A stretch of DNA of 64,000 nt from Asterias amurensis. Lineage: Eukaryota. The stretch spans positions 19,654,621-19,718,620 of the forward strand of contig NC_092661.1 in assembly GCF_032118995.1 (NCBI RefSeq). Reading direction: 5' to 3'. Below are positions 48,452 to 61,645 of the stretch, piece by piece; the stretch's first letter is position 1, and every line of letters begins with the position of its first letter. The notes below the pieces were generated by a model. The model saw only the letters and a list, made by a program, of their open reading frames with translations, was not told the DNA's origin and searched no databases. The position numbers and the translations under genes were made by a program.

Positions 48452-50803
48452 GTTTGTTTGGATTACATTTTATGTAGTCAACCAACCAGTTCGTAAAAAC
48501 AATTTGGCAGCTGTCGTTGTATTTATACTAGTCATATATAGTACACACGCACTTGCACTTGCAGCTATGTTGAACATTGATTATTTAATGAATGTGTGTT
48601 TCTCGTGGTTTCATGTCAACCAGTTGGCATTAGTAAAATAGGAAAATAAATGCCAAACCAATTTTTCTTTAATATATGCTTTGCATGGGCTAAATAATGT
48701 TCACTACTTTATATCAGGTGAGGTATGACAATGTCAATGAATGACATAAAATAAATAACCCATTGATTGAGTCTTTTGACATTATCATGACATTAACGAC
48801 ATGACTGACGTTTTTTTTGGATAACTGAAATTATTTCATATCGAATGAAAAAGTGGTGGCGCCACACAGAAACTCTCTGTACTGACTGTGTCAACCAGTA
48901 ACATGAGTTGCAATAACTAATATTAGCCTATAAAATAAGTGTAAAACCCCCATTCTTCCCTGGCCTATGGTGAATCAATCGAAGGGTTGGTTGTGATGAA
49001 TTTTCAACATTTTGGTGGGGACCAAGGCTGTTTGAATTCATGCTAAACTTTACAACTAATGTGTCATTTGTTTTTGTTTTGTTTTTATGTTATTTTTTCC
49101 CATGGATACATTTGTCACGGAGTGATATAAGTTTTTTAAAGAATTACTTAAGTTTCCTCAGTTTGCTGGCCATTATGTATAATACAGGAAGAAACAAGGT
49201 TTTAAATAGTTATGGCCAAAGCGCCGCCATCATGACTTGGCATTTTCTTTTCATTGTGTTCAAGTTCTGTAAAGGTTAGTAAACTTTTGGGGCAGTTTAA
49301 AGGTTCTGATTGGCCAAGAAGGCATCAGACCAATAGCTCTTTTATGTTAAAGGTTTGGAATGCGTGCAAGTCACGAGATCTTACAGCGGGAAGTTATTTT
49401 GTGTTAATTTAAGGGGAACAGAAATTTAGGTGTGTCACTTTGCATTTTGAGATTCCCGAGGAGAGGACTCTGTCAGCCTCGACGATCGAGTTATTGAGAA
49501 CTCCTGTATTTTGCTTATGGGTTATTGAGAGCCCTAAGTATACAGTCATCCAGCCTTAGTTGCTGAGTTTTTGCAAAAGCAGTTTATTCTGGCGAGTGAG
49601 ACACACCGAAATTTTGTTGAAGAGATCCGCCACTGTAGAAACCAGGATCGACAAATCGACCTGTAAGTAGCTATTGATAATGTTATTTATTTCAAAGAGA
49701 TTGTGTTAATGAAATTCAGTTTTGTTGTATTTAATTGTGGAACTTCTTCTCAATAGAACTGTGATTTACTTTGATTTAATTGTTCGAGGAAGTCGTGAAA
49801 AGAAAGTTTTGTACATAGCATTGATTTGAATTTATGCGTTAAAGATGGAAGTGCGTTGTCGAACTTCCGTAAAGAAAACATTGATCATAAGTTGATAATG
49901 TGCTATTTTACTTTAAGTTTTGTAAATGTAGATTTGGGTTTATTTGCTTATTGCAGGGTTTTTCCCACACCACACTTGAAGTTGATGTGCTAAACTGAGG
50001 GCTAACAGAAGGCCGGGCAGAGATACGACCCAGTGCCAAAGACTAATCTAAACTTAAAGAATACTCGAAAGACGTGATGGGAGTGATGTTAAACTAGGAA
50101 CCGAAAGAGACACACAGAGAGAGCAAGAGAAGATTGTAATATTAACCGGCAACCATTATTGAAAGTCATTGATAGGACAACGTTTATTTTATTAATTTTG
50201 TGAAGACACACTTAATGTAAATTGTAAATAAATCTGTATATTTTCTTGTAAATACAAACTTGTTTCCCTTGCCTTCAATTCTCTGTTTGTCCAACAACTA
50301 CCGAAGGTCATGGCCGCCGAGGTCGGGGAAAGACTCGGGGCATGACAACATTGTAGTTTGACAGGATTAGGAATAACAGAAAAATACATGCAGTTGCTGA
50401 CCAAAAGAAAATTCTGCACACAATTTTAATTGTACTTAGTACTTAACAGTACAGTAGAACATGTGTGTGTGTCATTCATACATATTTTGTATGAAATATG
50501 ATTAAGAGAAGTAAAGTGGCTCTTGATTCAGGATACCTTCAGCATGTTACCTGCAATAACCACACTCATTTTTTTAAATGTCAGCCAAGTTGGTCAGTAT
50601 ATTTCTGATGTGTGTCTAGACAAATCCACACTGTATTAAACACGTTCACTCCATTGGCTCAAATGTCACAAAACAGACTGCCACAAAAAGCCACCCACAA
50701 GTCACGTGCCAGTATCTATTAAATAATAATAATAACATTAATTTTTATTGTCTAGCAAAGCTAGCAAAGCTAGCAAAGGTAGATTTTAACAAGCCTGTAT
50801 TGT

Positions 50804-50900
50804 TTGACACCAGATTTATGAGGGGTCTTCGTTGAGCTGGTCTACGAGACTGAAAGGGTTCGTTATCTGCTTTGTGCTTGGATGTCTCCTGTCTGTATTG
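50804..50900 (+). CDS. SFT2D-like exon 2 (IYEGSSLSWSTRLKGFVICFVLGCLLSVL)
   Basis: Matches [28 protein letters not shown]; acceptor gacaccag|, donor TATTG|gtgaga. Confidence 0.75.
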
Positions 50901-51059
50901 GTGAGATATTCTCAACTGTTTTTGTTGTAACAATCTTTTAACAAATCAATAGTAAACATTCCACCATCTTTCATTATTCATAAACAGATGAAAAATCCAA
51001 AACATCCTTGCGAGAACACGCTTGTAAATTAACTTGAGTGTAATCTTTTGCAAAGTGTT

Positions 51060-51770
51060 CTTTGGTGAAAAAGAAATGATAAGTTTTTAAATTCAACCTT
51101 TCAAAGAAAGTCGTATAGCTTTTTGCAGTTTATTTATAATGACTCAATATGATAGTTCTTAAATTGTTGGCGTGTCATGGTAGAGTGGTTAAGAGCACTG
51201 GATTCAAGCTCTGGTGTTTCTGATCAGCAGAGTGTTGGTTCGATTCCCGGTCGTGACACTTGTAACCTTCAGCAAGATACATTACCATGATTGCTTTGTC
51301 ATTCAGATGGGACATTGAATCGTTGGTAGTGCACACAAAAAACAGAACACTTATCAAGAAAGATTAGGGGTTAACCCTGGTGTTTCTGTTTGACATAGCT
51401 GTGATTGAAATACCGTTTATTATTATAGCAACCTTTCAAAGAAAGTCGTATAGCTTTTTGCAGTTTATTTATAATGACTCAATATGATAGTTCTTAAATT
51501 GTTGGCGTGTCATGGTAGAGTGGTTAAGAGCACTGGATTCAAGCTCTGGTGTTTCTGATCAGCAGAGTGTTGGTTCGATTCCCGGTCGTGACACTTGTAA
51601 CCTTCAGCAAGATACATTACCATGATTGCTTTGTCATTCAGATGGGACATTGAATCGTTGGTAGTGCACACAAAAAACAGAACACTTATCAAGAAAGATT
51701 AGGGGTTAACCCTGGTGTTTCTGTTTGACATAGCTGTGATTGAAATACCGTTTATTATTATAGCAAGCAC
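51060..51770. repeat. Tandem duplication, ~335 bp ×2, each containing a tRNA-SINE fragment
   Basis: Identical 60-aa artefact ORFs at 51175-51357 and 51510-51692; SFT2D intron 2. Confidence 0.85.
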
Positions 51771-52378
51771 CCTTGTTTACAGGTTTCCTCAGGCTTACAA
51801 GCTACAGTGAATATGTTCATTTATGAGGTATCCTTGGTTTTAATACCAGAAATGTGTTTACCATACTATTATTAAAGAAAACTGAATTGTAGTTCCCAAA
51901 CCATCACTGATGCAAGTTTACTCAAACAATTTCAAAAGTGCTAAACAACAAAGAAAAAAACAAGTCATTGTTTGTTTAGATCCATGATTTAAAGATGAGC
52001 GTGCTAGAGTTTATCTGACATTGTGAACTTTCCACCACCTGACAGTCCACTGTAGCATTGATATTCCCAACGTCCAGTAACATCAAGTTATTTGCTGTGC
52101 TCTACTCATTTGGTAATCTCACAGCAATGTCAGGGTAAGTACGGAGGTAGCAGCATTCTTTCCTGGTGGCTTGACTGTGTTGCTTGGAATAGCTGCTGTG
52201 GTTCCTGGTGGCTGGGTTTAATTGCTTACAATGATTTGAACTAGCAGCCTTAATTTCTGTTTTGTTTTGTTTGTTTCTATTATATGCTGCCAAAACAACA
52301 ATTGTTGTGCATGCATGACTGCACATTAATTAGAGCATTATATACTAACTTCAAACCACTTTATTATTATTAACCACT

Positions 52379-52738
52379 TAAAGGCATTGGACACTATTGG
52401 TAAATGTCAAAGACCAGTCTTCTCACTTGGTGTATCTCAACATATGCATAAAATAACAAACCAGTCTAACAGTGAAAATTTGAGCTCAATTGGTCGTCAA
52501 AGTTGCGAGATGAAGGAAGTCAGATGCTTGACTTTGAGACCTCACAAACTTATTCTGAGGTCTCAAAATCAAATTCGTGGAAAGATACTTCTTTCTTGAA
52601 AACGATGTTACTTCAGAGGGAGCCGTTTCTCGCAATGTTTTATACTATATCAACCTCTGCCCTTAACTCGTTACCAAGTAAGGTTTTATGCTAATAATTA
52701 TTTTGAGTAGGTACCAATAGCGTCCACTGCCTTTTATG
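52379..52738 (+). mobile_element. MITE family 2 copy (SFT2D intron 2)
   Basis: Same TIRs and internal hairpin. Confidence 0.8.
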
Positions 52739-53638
52739 TTTGCTGTGTAAGTTTTTACATTGCAATTTCTTCACAATAACTGACATCTAACATGTATTTT
52801 CTATTTCTTTCTTTGCACAAGTAGTTGCTTCATCTTTTCACTGGCAAGCTTTTAGACAAAGAACAGGAGTGGTAGTTATCGCCGCAATAAACAAATTAGT
52901 TTCAATCTGACGGCTCACTGATTCTTACCAGCACCAACTCTCCGGAGAAATTTGTCCGACTGAATTCATTAAAATCCAGAGAAAGGCATTGAAAGACCTC
53001 CTAAACCACTGCTGCTTATTTTGATTGCCATAATGGAAATGAGCCCAATGTGAATTTGCACAAACAATCAATGATAAAGTGTACACCAATTTTTTCTCAC
53101 TTTTTTATTTTCTGAAACACAAATTTTTTTGAATTTTCACAAGTTGTTTGTATAGTTTAGGCCTGTTGTCGCATGGAGGCCCCAAAGTTCACAGCCAGAC
53201 TTTTCCCATGGAAATGCTTTCTGCAAATGAAATTGGGTCTGCCCTACCCCTTTACAGATGAAATTCCAGGCATGCTGGTGTGATTGTTATAAACTAAGAG
53301 TCTGGGAAGGGAATGTATTTTCCTGATAACCATGGTGATGATATTTAGCTGATTTATATTGTTCCATGCACGGCTTGCTTTGAGTTTTTACTTTCAACCA
53401 ACAGACAATTTTTAAAGGTGGGATCATCGTTTGGTTTTTGTGAACAAAATACCTACTTATAGCCAAAATATTACAGGAACTCACCTATTAAACATCAACT
53501 GAAAACAGTGCTTCCTTGCAGAGAAAACAGCAACAAAAAGTGTTACAATATTTTCACATGAACATCAATTCCTGAACATGACAGTTTTTTGGATAGCAAT
53601 CACATTTCTGGTAACGGCATGCTTGAAAGAACAACAAC

Positions 53639-54027
53639 CTTAAAGGCAGTGGACACTTTTGGTAATTACTCAAAATAATTTTTAGCATACAACCTTACTT
53701 GGTAACAAGTAATGGAGAGCTGTTGATAGTATAAAACATTGTGAGAAATGACTCCATCTGAAGGAACATAGTTTTTGAGAAAGAAGTAATTTTCCATGAA
53801 TTTGATTTCGTGACCTCAGATTTAGAATTTGATGTTTCAAAATCAAGCATCTGAAAGCACACAACCTCGTGTGACAGGGGTATTTTTTGTTTCGTTATTA
53901 TCTCGCAACTTCGACGTCCAACTGAGCTCAAATTTTCACAGGTTTGTTATTTTATGCACATGTTTAGATACACCAAGTGAGAGACTGGTCTTTGACAATT
54001 ACCAATGGTGTCCAGTGTCTTTAAGAA
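53639..54027 (-). mobile_element. MITE family 2 copy, reverse orientation
   Basis: Same TIRs and internal hairpin. Confidence 0.8.
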
Positions 54028-54274
54028 ATCTGACAGACGGTTCAGGCATGAACTGTTTCTGAGATTCGAAAGTTTTTATTGATTAATGAGAGCACTTCAA
54101 ATGACATAATTTTGCAGCATGCTTTTCTACTATTAACATCTTTATAAGAAGAAAGTGTTCAGATAGAAATTACCAAATGATGACCCTTTCTTTAAAAACT
54201 GAAATGTGGGTGTTGCATGAAGATACTAGTCATTTTGTTATTTTTTTGTTTGTATTGGTTATCCGTGTACACAG

Positions 54275-54363
54275 GGTAGCATGTTTCTGTTCATCTCCTT
54301 TGGCACAGGGCTAACTCTCTTTGCTGTCTGCTACACCTTTGGTACTCTCTTTAGTTTAATCAG
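54275..54363 (+). CDS. SFT2D-like exon 3 (GSMFLFISFGTGLTLFAVCYTFGTLFSLI)
   Basis: Matches [26 protein letters not shown]. Confidence 0.75.
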
Positions 54364-55069
54364 GTACCTTAAGTTCAGTCTCATGTTTGTAAACCTTGAA
54401 GAAAGTATTGAAAGTCAGGAAGTCGTGTCAAGAGAAGTTGATCCAACTTGACTGCATTCGTTTTATTCCCACTTAAGTGACATTTTTTTAAATGGAAAAA
54501 CCCAACCCACTTGCAAAGCTCCAGTCCGGGCTCAAACAGAGTGTAAGGCATGGAGAGAAGCCAGCGTACCACCCTGACTGCCCAAATGCATTTTCCATAT
54601 TGATCACAACTTGAAGCAAGCAATTTAATTCAAGTTTGTCAATAGCACACTGTTTGAAATGTCAAGACTCTACTATATCGAACACTGGTTCTGCTCAAAA
54701 CACACTTTTAAAGGGATTTTATTGACATGGTTCTTACAAGGGTCCAATTTCATAAAACTGTTAAGCATAAAATACTGCCTAGCAAACTTCTTTTTTGCTA
54801 AGCAAAATATGAGTGGGGCAACAGTTGCAAACATTGTACAGTCTTGCTTTGTCATTAGCTCAGCAAGATTTGTCTGTGCTTTAAGGCCTTATGAAATGGG
54901 ACCTGTTAACCTACTTTTGATAGCTTGAAGAATTTGTGAAATCTGCTCACAATTCTTCACTCCTAAGCATTCAAATTTAACGCTGCTATTACAAATAAAC
55001 AAAACACTGATCTTTTTGGCTAAGAATTTTAAAAGTTTATTTTATAAATGACGTTCTTTAATTGTATGA

Positions 55070-55240
<171 letters not shown>

Positions 55241-55505
55241 TGATTTCTTTTTACAGCGCAAATGGCTGGTTAGCATATCTAGCTATATACATAGAGAAGG
55301 AAACTCGATCACTCATTCTCTTTCTCTTGGCTTTGCTTTGGGAATGTAGATTGGATGAAGGTGTTCCTCCTCTGGTACATCTCTAGTGACTGACAAGGCC
55401 TATATGCAAAATATGCAGTTCTTGTGACATTACCTTTTCACTATGGCCTTTATAGTTGCACCCACTTTATATTAACTGTTAAATGTTTGTGCTCTTTCAT
55501 TTCAG

Positions 55506-55564
55506 TGGGGGGTAGCTATTTTGGCAATAGTGTTTTGTGTCCTACAGTTTCTGGCGTTGATATG
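55506..55564 (+). CDS. SFT2D-like exon 5 (WGVAILAIVFCVLQFLALIW)
   Basis: Matches GLAVLFCILQFLSMTWY. Confidence 0.8.
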
Positions 55565-56639
55565 GTGAGTGTGTGACTATATATTCCCTCAGGTTTTGTT
55601 TAGTTGTATTTCATTCCTAAAGCTCTAACATGCATTGTAACCGATGAAGATTGTTTGCAAACTGTTGCCTCAGCTCCTAGTGTTGTACTAACCAAGTCAA
55701 CCAAAAAATAAATAATAAAATGAAAATTTTCAAGAGCATTTCACTTCTATCAAATTTTTACAAAATGCCCATTGCGATTTGTGTTCTCCAATATTTAGTT
55801 CAGAAAAGGTCATATTCTGGAATCTACATTCATGCAAATTGCTTTCTTATTAACTCCGAGCTCAGAAATTCTATTACCTTGAAAAAAAAACACCCCACAT
55901 TGTTCTCAATCTCAGTATTTTCCTCAAGATTGGACCCAGAGAGATTATGAAAAAAAATCCTTTTGTTCAGTTAGAACATTCATCAGGATTTGGAATGTTC
56001 AAACCCTCATCTGTTATGAGCTTGGTACAATGCTTCTTTCTCATGTTGCTTTTCTCCCGGCCAAATGAGTACCTAATCACTTTTCGTCTTTTCAGACCAT
56101 CTTACGCATAAGCCAATAAGATACCTTTAATTAATTTTGCATCAATCTCCTCTAGTTCATGTTAGATGACCTGAATCTAATTTAAAAACCTCCCATTGTG
56201 TTCGTGAGCAAGAATATAATGTAATAAATCTAATTTATCAAGAACAGACAACAAGGGAAACTGACTGAACTAATACATGTTCAGCAATATTGGCTTCTTG
56301 TCACTGGGCGCACTCGGATGTCTAGTGGTTAAGACATCTACTCTAGAATCCAGTATTGTAACTGGCTTCTTGTCACTGGGAGCACTCAGTGGTCTGGTGG
56401 TTAACACACCTGCTCGAGAATGTAGGGGTCCTGGGTTTGAATCCAAGCCGAGTAGTTTGACATTAGACTTTTTCACAGTACCCAGGAACTGCTGATTATA
56501 GAGTGCTTATCACACATCGGTATAGGGTAAAACACCATGACAATATACCTAACGATATGTCAAACTAGCTGTGACATGTTTGGTTAAATCAACCCCTTGC
56601 CATTGTTTATCTTACATTTATTTATTTAATCTATTTCAG

Positions 56640-56712
56640 GTATTCATTGTCGTATATCCCATATGCGAGGGACGCAGTGACTAAATGTTGTCGTGGATGC
56701 TTGGATGTTTAA
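56640..56712 (+). CDS. SFT2D-like last exon ([23 protein letters not shown])
   Basis: Matches the vertebrate SFT2D1 C-terminus [21 protein letters not shown]; stop TAA. Confidence 0.85.
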
Positions 56713-57994
56713 AGAACCCGCCCCAATCTAGGACCTGAGTTACCATCATGCCTTCAGACCATAGCTCTATCCAAAATATGAAATAGTAAAAATGACCAAC
56801 TTTGCTGTAAATTACAAAATATGGTGTCTAAAGCTGTGTTCCAATTGGACCTTTTTCTTCCGCGGCCATGCGTAAAATACCATGACTGGCTTTGGTGTCA
56901 TTCTACCATGCGTTCCCACCTGGACTTATAGTCCCAGCGTTTGCACAGCGTTTTACAGGGTGGTCATTCTAGGTTTACAGTGCGGAGCCGTTCCCAATTG
57001 TACTTTTAGCAGCCCTGTTGTTTAGTTACTGTGGCTGCAGGGAAGTCTTCTGCAAACTAAGTAAGTGGACAGGGAGGGCATTTTACTCTGCGTACCCATT
57101 CAATTTAAATTTGTTAATCCACAGAAAAGTCATTGTATTTCAACCAAAAAAAGGTTTAAAGGGCACACGGCTCAAATTACTTTGTAAATGGATGGCCGGT
57201 GTTATCCTTACATGGCTAATGCTAAGGTTTAGACCAGCTGTGTTGCTACTGTATGATATTATAAATCCTTGTACAAAGTTATATATTACTTTAAGTTAAG
57301 TGGTCTGTATTTTGTCTGCACTGTTGCTGGTGTAGATGGTTTATGTATGTTTGCCTTGAAGATTTTGGTAATGAAGTGGTTTTTTTGCAATAACAAAATG
57401 GTTCTATTTAGGTTTTTCTTTATTGAAGAGGTTTAAAAGAAATGTTTTTGCCTTTTGTCATTTTATAGTTAAGTGGAGGATGACATTTTTGAAGTCGAAA
57501 GAAAGAGGAATTCCTTAAATGTGTAGGTCATAACATGTTCTTTTTTTTCATGTTTCCGTTTAAATTGTAATACCTTGTATAGACATTTGCATTGAAATGA
57601 TCTATGAAGATAGTAAAATTTAACTGGAACAAATTTGGTTGTTTTCCTAGATAGCCCAGAATAGATTGAATCAAATGTACTTTTGATAGTGACCAATGAA
57701 ATTTTAGTTGACATAGCTGAAAGATGTGCCATAAAAGTCTCCATTACTCACCGTCCTTTGGCTGAAATAAGGCTAAATACTTTTGCAGAAGCAAGAGTTT
57801 ATTTTTGTACAATAGTGTGCATCAGCACTCCGCACATGTTTTGCTGGTTGGTAGCTTTCAGGAGACTTTAAAAAAGAAATGCTTCTTTATTTTACTGTGA
57901 TGTTGTTTTACTACCGTGTTTTACCTGTTGAAACAAAAACTTTATGAAATCTGCCTTATCCAATTGAATTGTTTTTGTAAAGTCAAGGTATCTA

Positions 57995-58395
57995 TAAAGG
58001 TTAAAGGAACACGTTGCCTTGGATCGGACGAGTTGGTCTTTGAAAAGCCTTTGTAACCGTTTGTTATAAAATGCATATACATGTAATTAGAAAGACATTT
58101 TAAAAGTATAATATAATGATCCACACAAGTATCACTCGAAATTACTTGGATTTCCTTTTAACTCGTCGACAAACACGGTCGCCATTTATGGGAGTCAACT
58201 TTTTGACTCCCATAAATGGCCTACCGTGTTAGTTCGCAAAGTAAAAGGAAAACCACGCAACTTCGAGGCAAATTTGTGTCGATCATTGTATTCTACTTTC
58301 AAATTATCTTTCTACCCATATGCATTTTATAACAAATGGTTGTAAACGCTTTCAAAGACCAACTCTTCCAATCCAAGGCAACGCGTTCCTTTAAT
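57995..58395. mobile_element. MITE with ~80-bp TIRs (aggaacacgttgccttggat…), a central 17-bp perfect hairpin, and TTAA flanks
   Basis: Inverted termini and TTAA at both ends, read directly from the sequence. Confidence 0.6.
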
Positions 58396-59514
58396 AATGA
58401 GAGAGACCATGCAAACAGAACATGGGATTCAGAAGAAAAAATACTTCATGGCACCATATGATTTGTATCAACTTTTGTATGAAAAAGGGGAAATATCTCT
58501 CGGTAAACTTATTCAGTTGGAACTTTTTATAATTCTTTATTTTATTTAGTAACAACAGTTGACACTATTTCAGTTTACCAGTGTAGTATCTTGCCTGCCA
58601 GAAAATGCATGGGAATGCAGATGCACAAGGTTTGTCAACAATGTGACTGACATGGTAGTTACCTTGGCATGTAGTTGTTGATAACAGTTTCAGGTTAGAC
58701 AATTTGGTTTGAGTTCATGGACTATAGAATTAATCTGAATGCAAGGGCATGTGTAGAACTTCATATTTAGCTTATAAAGTCTATATAAATATTTTGAGTG
58801 GCTTAAAGGCCAAGCCTATAGGCAACAGAGAATTTGGTTTAATTACAGGTTGATCAGGAAATCCAGAACAATTTAGTGATAATTTTGTTTTCTTTGAGAA
58901 AGTTCCTGACATTTAAAAAGAAAAACTGGCCCTTGTGTACAAAAAATAATTGATGCCAAAATATTTCGCCTTAGAGGGTGCCTTGATTTTGTCGTTCTGT
59001 TAAAACAAAATGATTGAAAAAGTACTATTTATATTTTCACATCTTAATTGCAATTTAGAATGATTTAATTAATATATTTAAAGAAAATAAACTTGCTTTA
59101 GAAGCACTGTTTCGTTGTAAATATTGACAAATTTGTGTTGCCTTTTCATTTGTTTCTTTTCAATTATCACAGCATATATACATACAATGTACATACATGT
59201 ACTACACCTTCACCCACAGTACCACATAACTTTGTGACTAGATGCAGAGATGATCTCGCAAAAAAACTGAGCACCCCCCCCCCCTTTCCCGGCCAGTCTA
59301 TCCAAGACGCCTCTCCCTCCACTCACCAATTATGCCCTTACCCTAAGCCCAGCAAACTTTGTTATCATGAAAGCAAACTTTATAATTTATCGTTAAGTGT
59401 GGACAAATCCTATCAACAAGTTGGTTTCGCATCTAGAAATTGTGAGGTTCCACATGGTCAACGCTTGTTTTTATACTTTTCGTTATCTGACCCCCCCGCC
59501 CCGCCCAAGCAATG

Positions 59515-59600
59515 ACAACAACACCACTTGCAATGCACATGCGCAATACATTACATTGCACATGCGCAATAATGCATTACGCATGCGCACAGACAACGCT
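59515..59600. promoter_or_regulatory. Cluster of three GCGCATGCGC-like palindromes (NRF-1-type motif)
   Basis: tgcacatgcgcaata ×2 and acgcatgcgcacag, read directly; preceded by a C-tract/CpG segment at 59270-59290 and 59490-59510. Confidence 0.3.
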
Positions 59601-60611
59601 GACAAAGTGACAATATTTTTATCGTCTGCTAAACTCTGCTTTTACGAAAACATTGTTAATTTCTGAGAGATTGTTTGCACAATTCGTCCTGGTCCAACGA
59701 CAGTTTGGTGTTTCATTGTAAGTAGAATTTACATAGTGTGATTCAGGAGTCAATGTAGTTACGTTTGACGAGTTTATTTCGACAATGAAGTAGCGAAAAT
59801 CTGGTTTTGTTTTGTGGCCGAGATGCACCACACTACAGTCATGACAGTGTTACACACTGACATTGTTACTGGTGTAAGCTAGATCGTAGATGCCTATATC
59901 GATATATTAATATTTGCATTCTTGAATGACTTAAATTGCTACATAAACATCTATGGTTACTTGTCAGTCAAAGCCTTTTCAGCATCTAGAAAAGGTGAGA
60001 AGACAATGTAGACATTTCATTTTTAGAAGTGGGAGGAAAACCCCAGAGAATTGTTCCAGGGAAAACCCACGCAGTCAAGTAGGGACTGATGAAAAACCCA
60101 ATCCACGTGATAGTGCCCGGTTAGGCATGGTAGGATTCGAACCGGGGTCCCCAGAGGTGGAAGGCGAGGCTAGACACACCACTGCGCCAACCTGACTTCC
60201 AAGAAGTTTCTTTTTTGTGAAATTCTTTTTTGTCATAATGAAAGGGGTTTCCATTTTTACAGCTGTTGTCATTTTCCAAGTTGCTTGCTAAGTCCAAGTC
60301 CAGCCTTTGTTTATTTAATTGTGATGTAGGCCTATTTTTGTACAGGACTGTTGTACTCAGTGTTGTGCTTGTTGGGAAAAAAATGGTTTCTTGCAATTTG
60401 CACAGATAGAGGCCCAGGGTTAATATACAAAGATTAAGATAACACAATGAAGAAACTGGTTCTCCTTTTCCTTCTGGGGAAAGTTTTTATAAAACACATA
60501 CCTATAGGCCTGTTGATAGTATAGGTGTTACCAAGCAGACCCTATGCCCCTACACCCCATTTTGAAAATGTGTTTTATATTTATTAATAGTGCATATTGC
60601 ATTTCTTGCAG

Positions 60612-60743
60612 ATGTTGCAGAGGTGGTTTTCAATAAGTGTTTGATGGAGAATGACTACCCACCTGAGCATTACAAGTATTGCATTACATTTGACTATGAG
60701 CTTCTTGATGATATGTTCTCCAATTGGGATGATAATTCTTCAG
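60612..60743 (+). pseudogene. Isolated duplicate of the TRPA1 linker exon (…DVAEVVFNKCLMENDYPPEHYKYCITFDYELLDDMFSNWDDNSSG) with intact acceptor and donor
   Basis: About 96% nucleotide identity to 8135..8276 (minus strand), including ~25 bp of the upstream intron; flanks diverge immediately downstream; no other TRPA exons found nearby on the plus strand. Confidence 0.6.
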
Positions 60744-61249
60744 GTAAGATTCCTGTCATAAGGCTGTATCCGGATCCATGATACAAACTCATTTTGAGTA
60801 TTATTTTTTAGAGTCTCAGCCCCCATCAGATTGTGTACATTGCACTAAGATTTTCATATCACCGTAGACCTAAGTTTTATTGGACTACATATGGCTTGCT
60901 GCTTGGTTTACCTTTTCCCATAATTAATCATTTGTTGGGAGTTAAACATTGTTTGGATTTCTCAGTTTTTAATGGTTTCCCCTTTTAAATTGTTAACAGT
61001 AAGCCTTGGCCATTTGTGTGTTTCTTTACAATCAATTATGATTTGCTAATAGTTAAAGCTTAAAGTGAATATTCTTTAATCAAAATTCCCCTGGCAATGT
61101 CTGATCAATGGATTTGTTGAACTATGTAACTCTAGAACCAAGGTTGAGTCTCTGATTAGCTTTTGGTTTTCATGTTATTTAGCAAATTTATCTCAATGAT
61201 TATGTACCGTATCCATAACAACATTTTGAAATCACTTTTTGAAAAGCCT

Positions 61250-61432
61250 GATTCATACTTCCTGAGAATGCGAATGCGATGCGAATTGGACATGAATTTG
61301 CTGTCACAACTTTTCGCTGCAATATTTGCAAGACAGTTGAGCACGTACAACTCAACTGCTGCGAATTATTCGTTGCGAATTTGTGACGTCATCGTTCGTA
61401 TCGCATTCGCAGGAAGTATGAACCGGTTAAGT
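61250..61432. mobile_element. MITE (TIR ttcatacttcctgagaatgcgaatgcga…)
   Basis: Inverted termini. Confidence 0.5.
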
Positions 61433-61439
61433 GTTCAAC

Positions 61440-61645
61440 ACCCTCTGGGCCACATTTTGATAGAGCTGCTTAAGCAGGAAGTATAATTGCCTAACAATTT
61501 TCTGCTCAGCAAATAGGAGCCGGATACCTGTCATAAACTGTCCAATTGTGATATGGTATTTTTACTTGTATCCTTAGTCCGGTTGGCAAGCATAATGTTG
61601 GGTGCCCCTTAGTGCTTTAGCAGCTTTATGAAACCTGGCCTTCAT
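61440..61645. mobile_element. MITE (TIR ggccacattttgatagagctgcttaagcag…ctttagcagctttatgaaacctggcc)
   Basis: Inverted termini related to the element at 44748. Confidence 0.5.
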
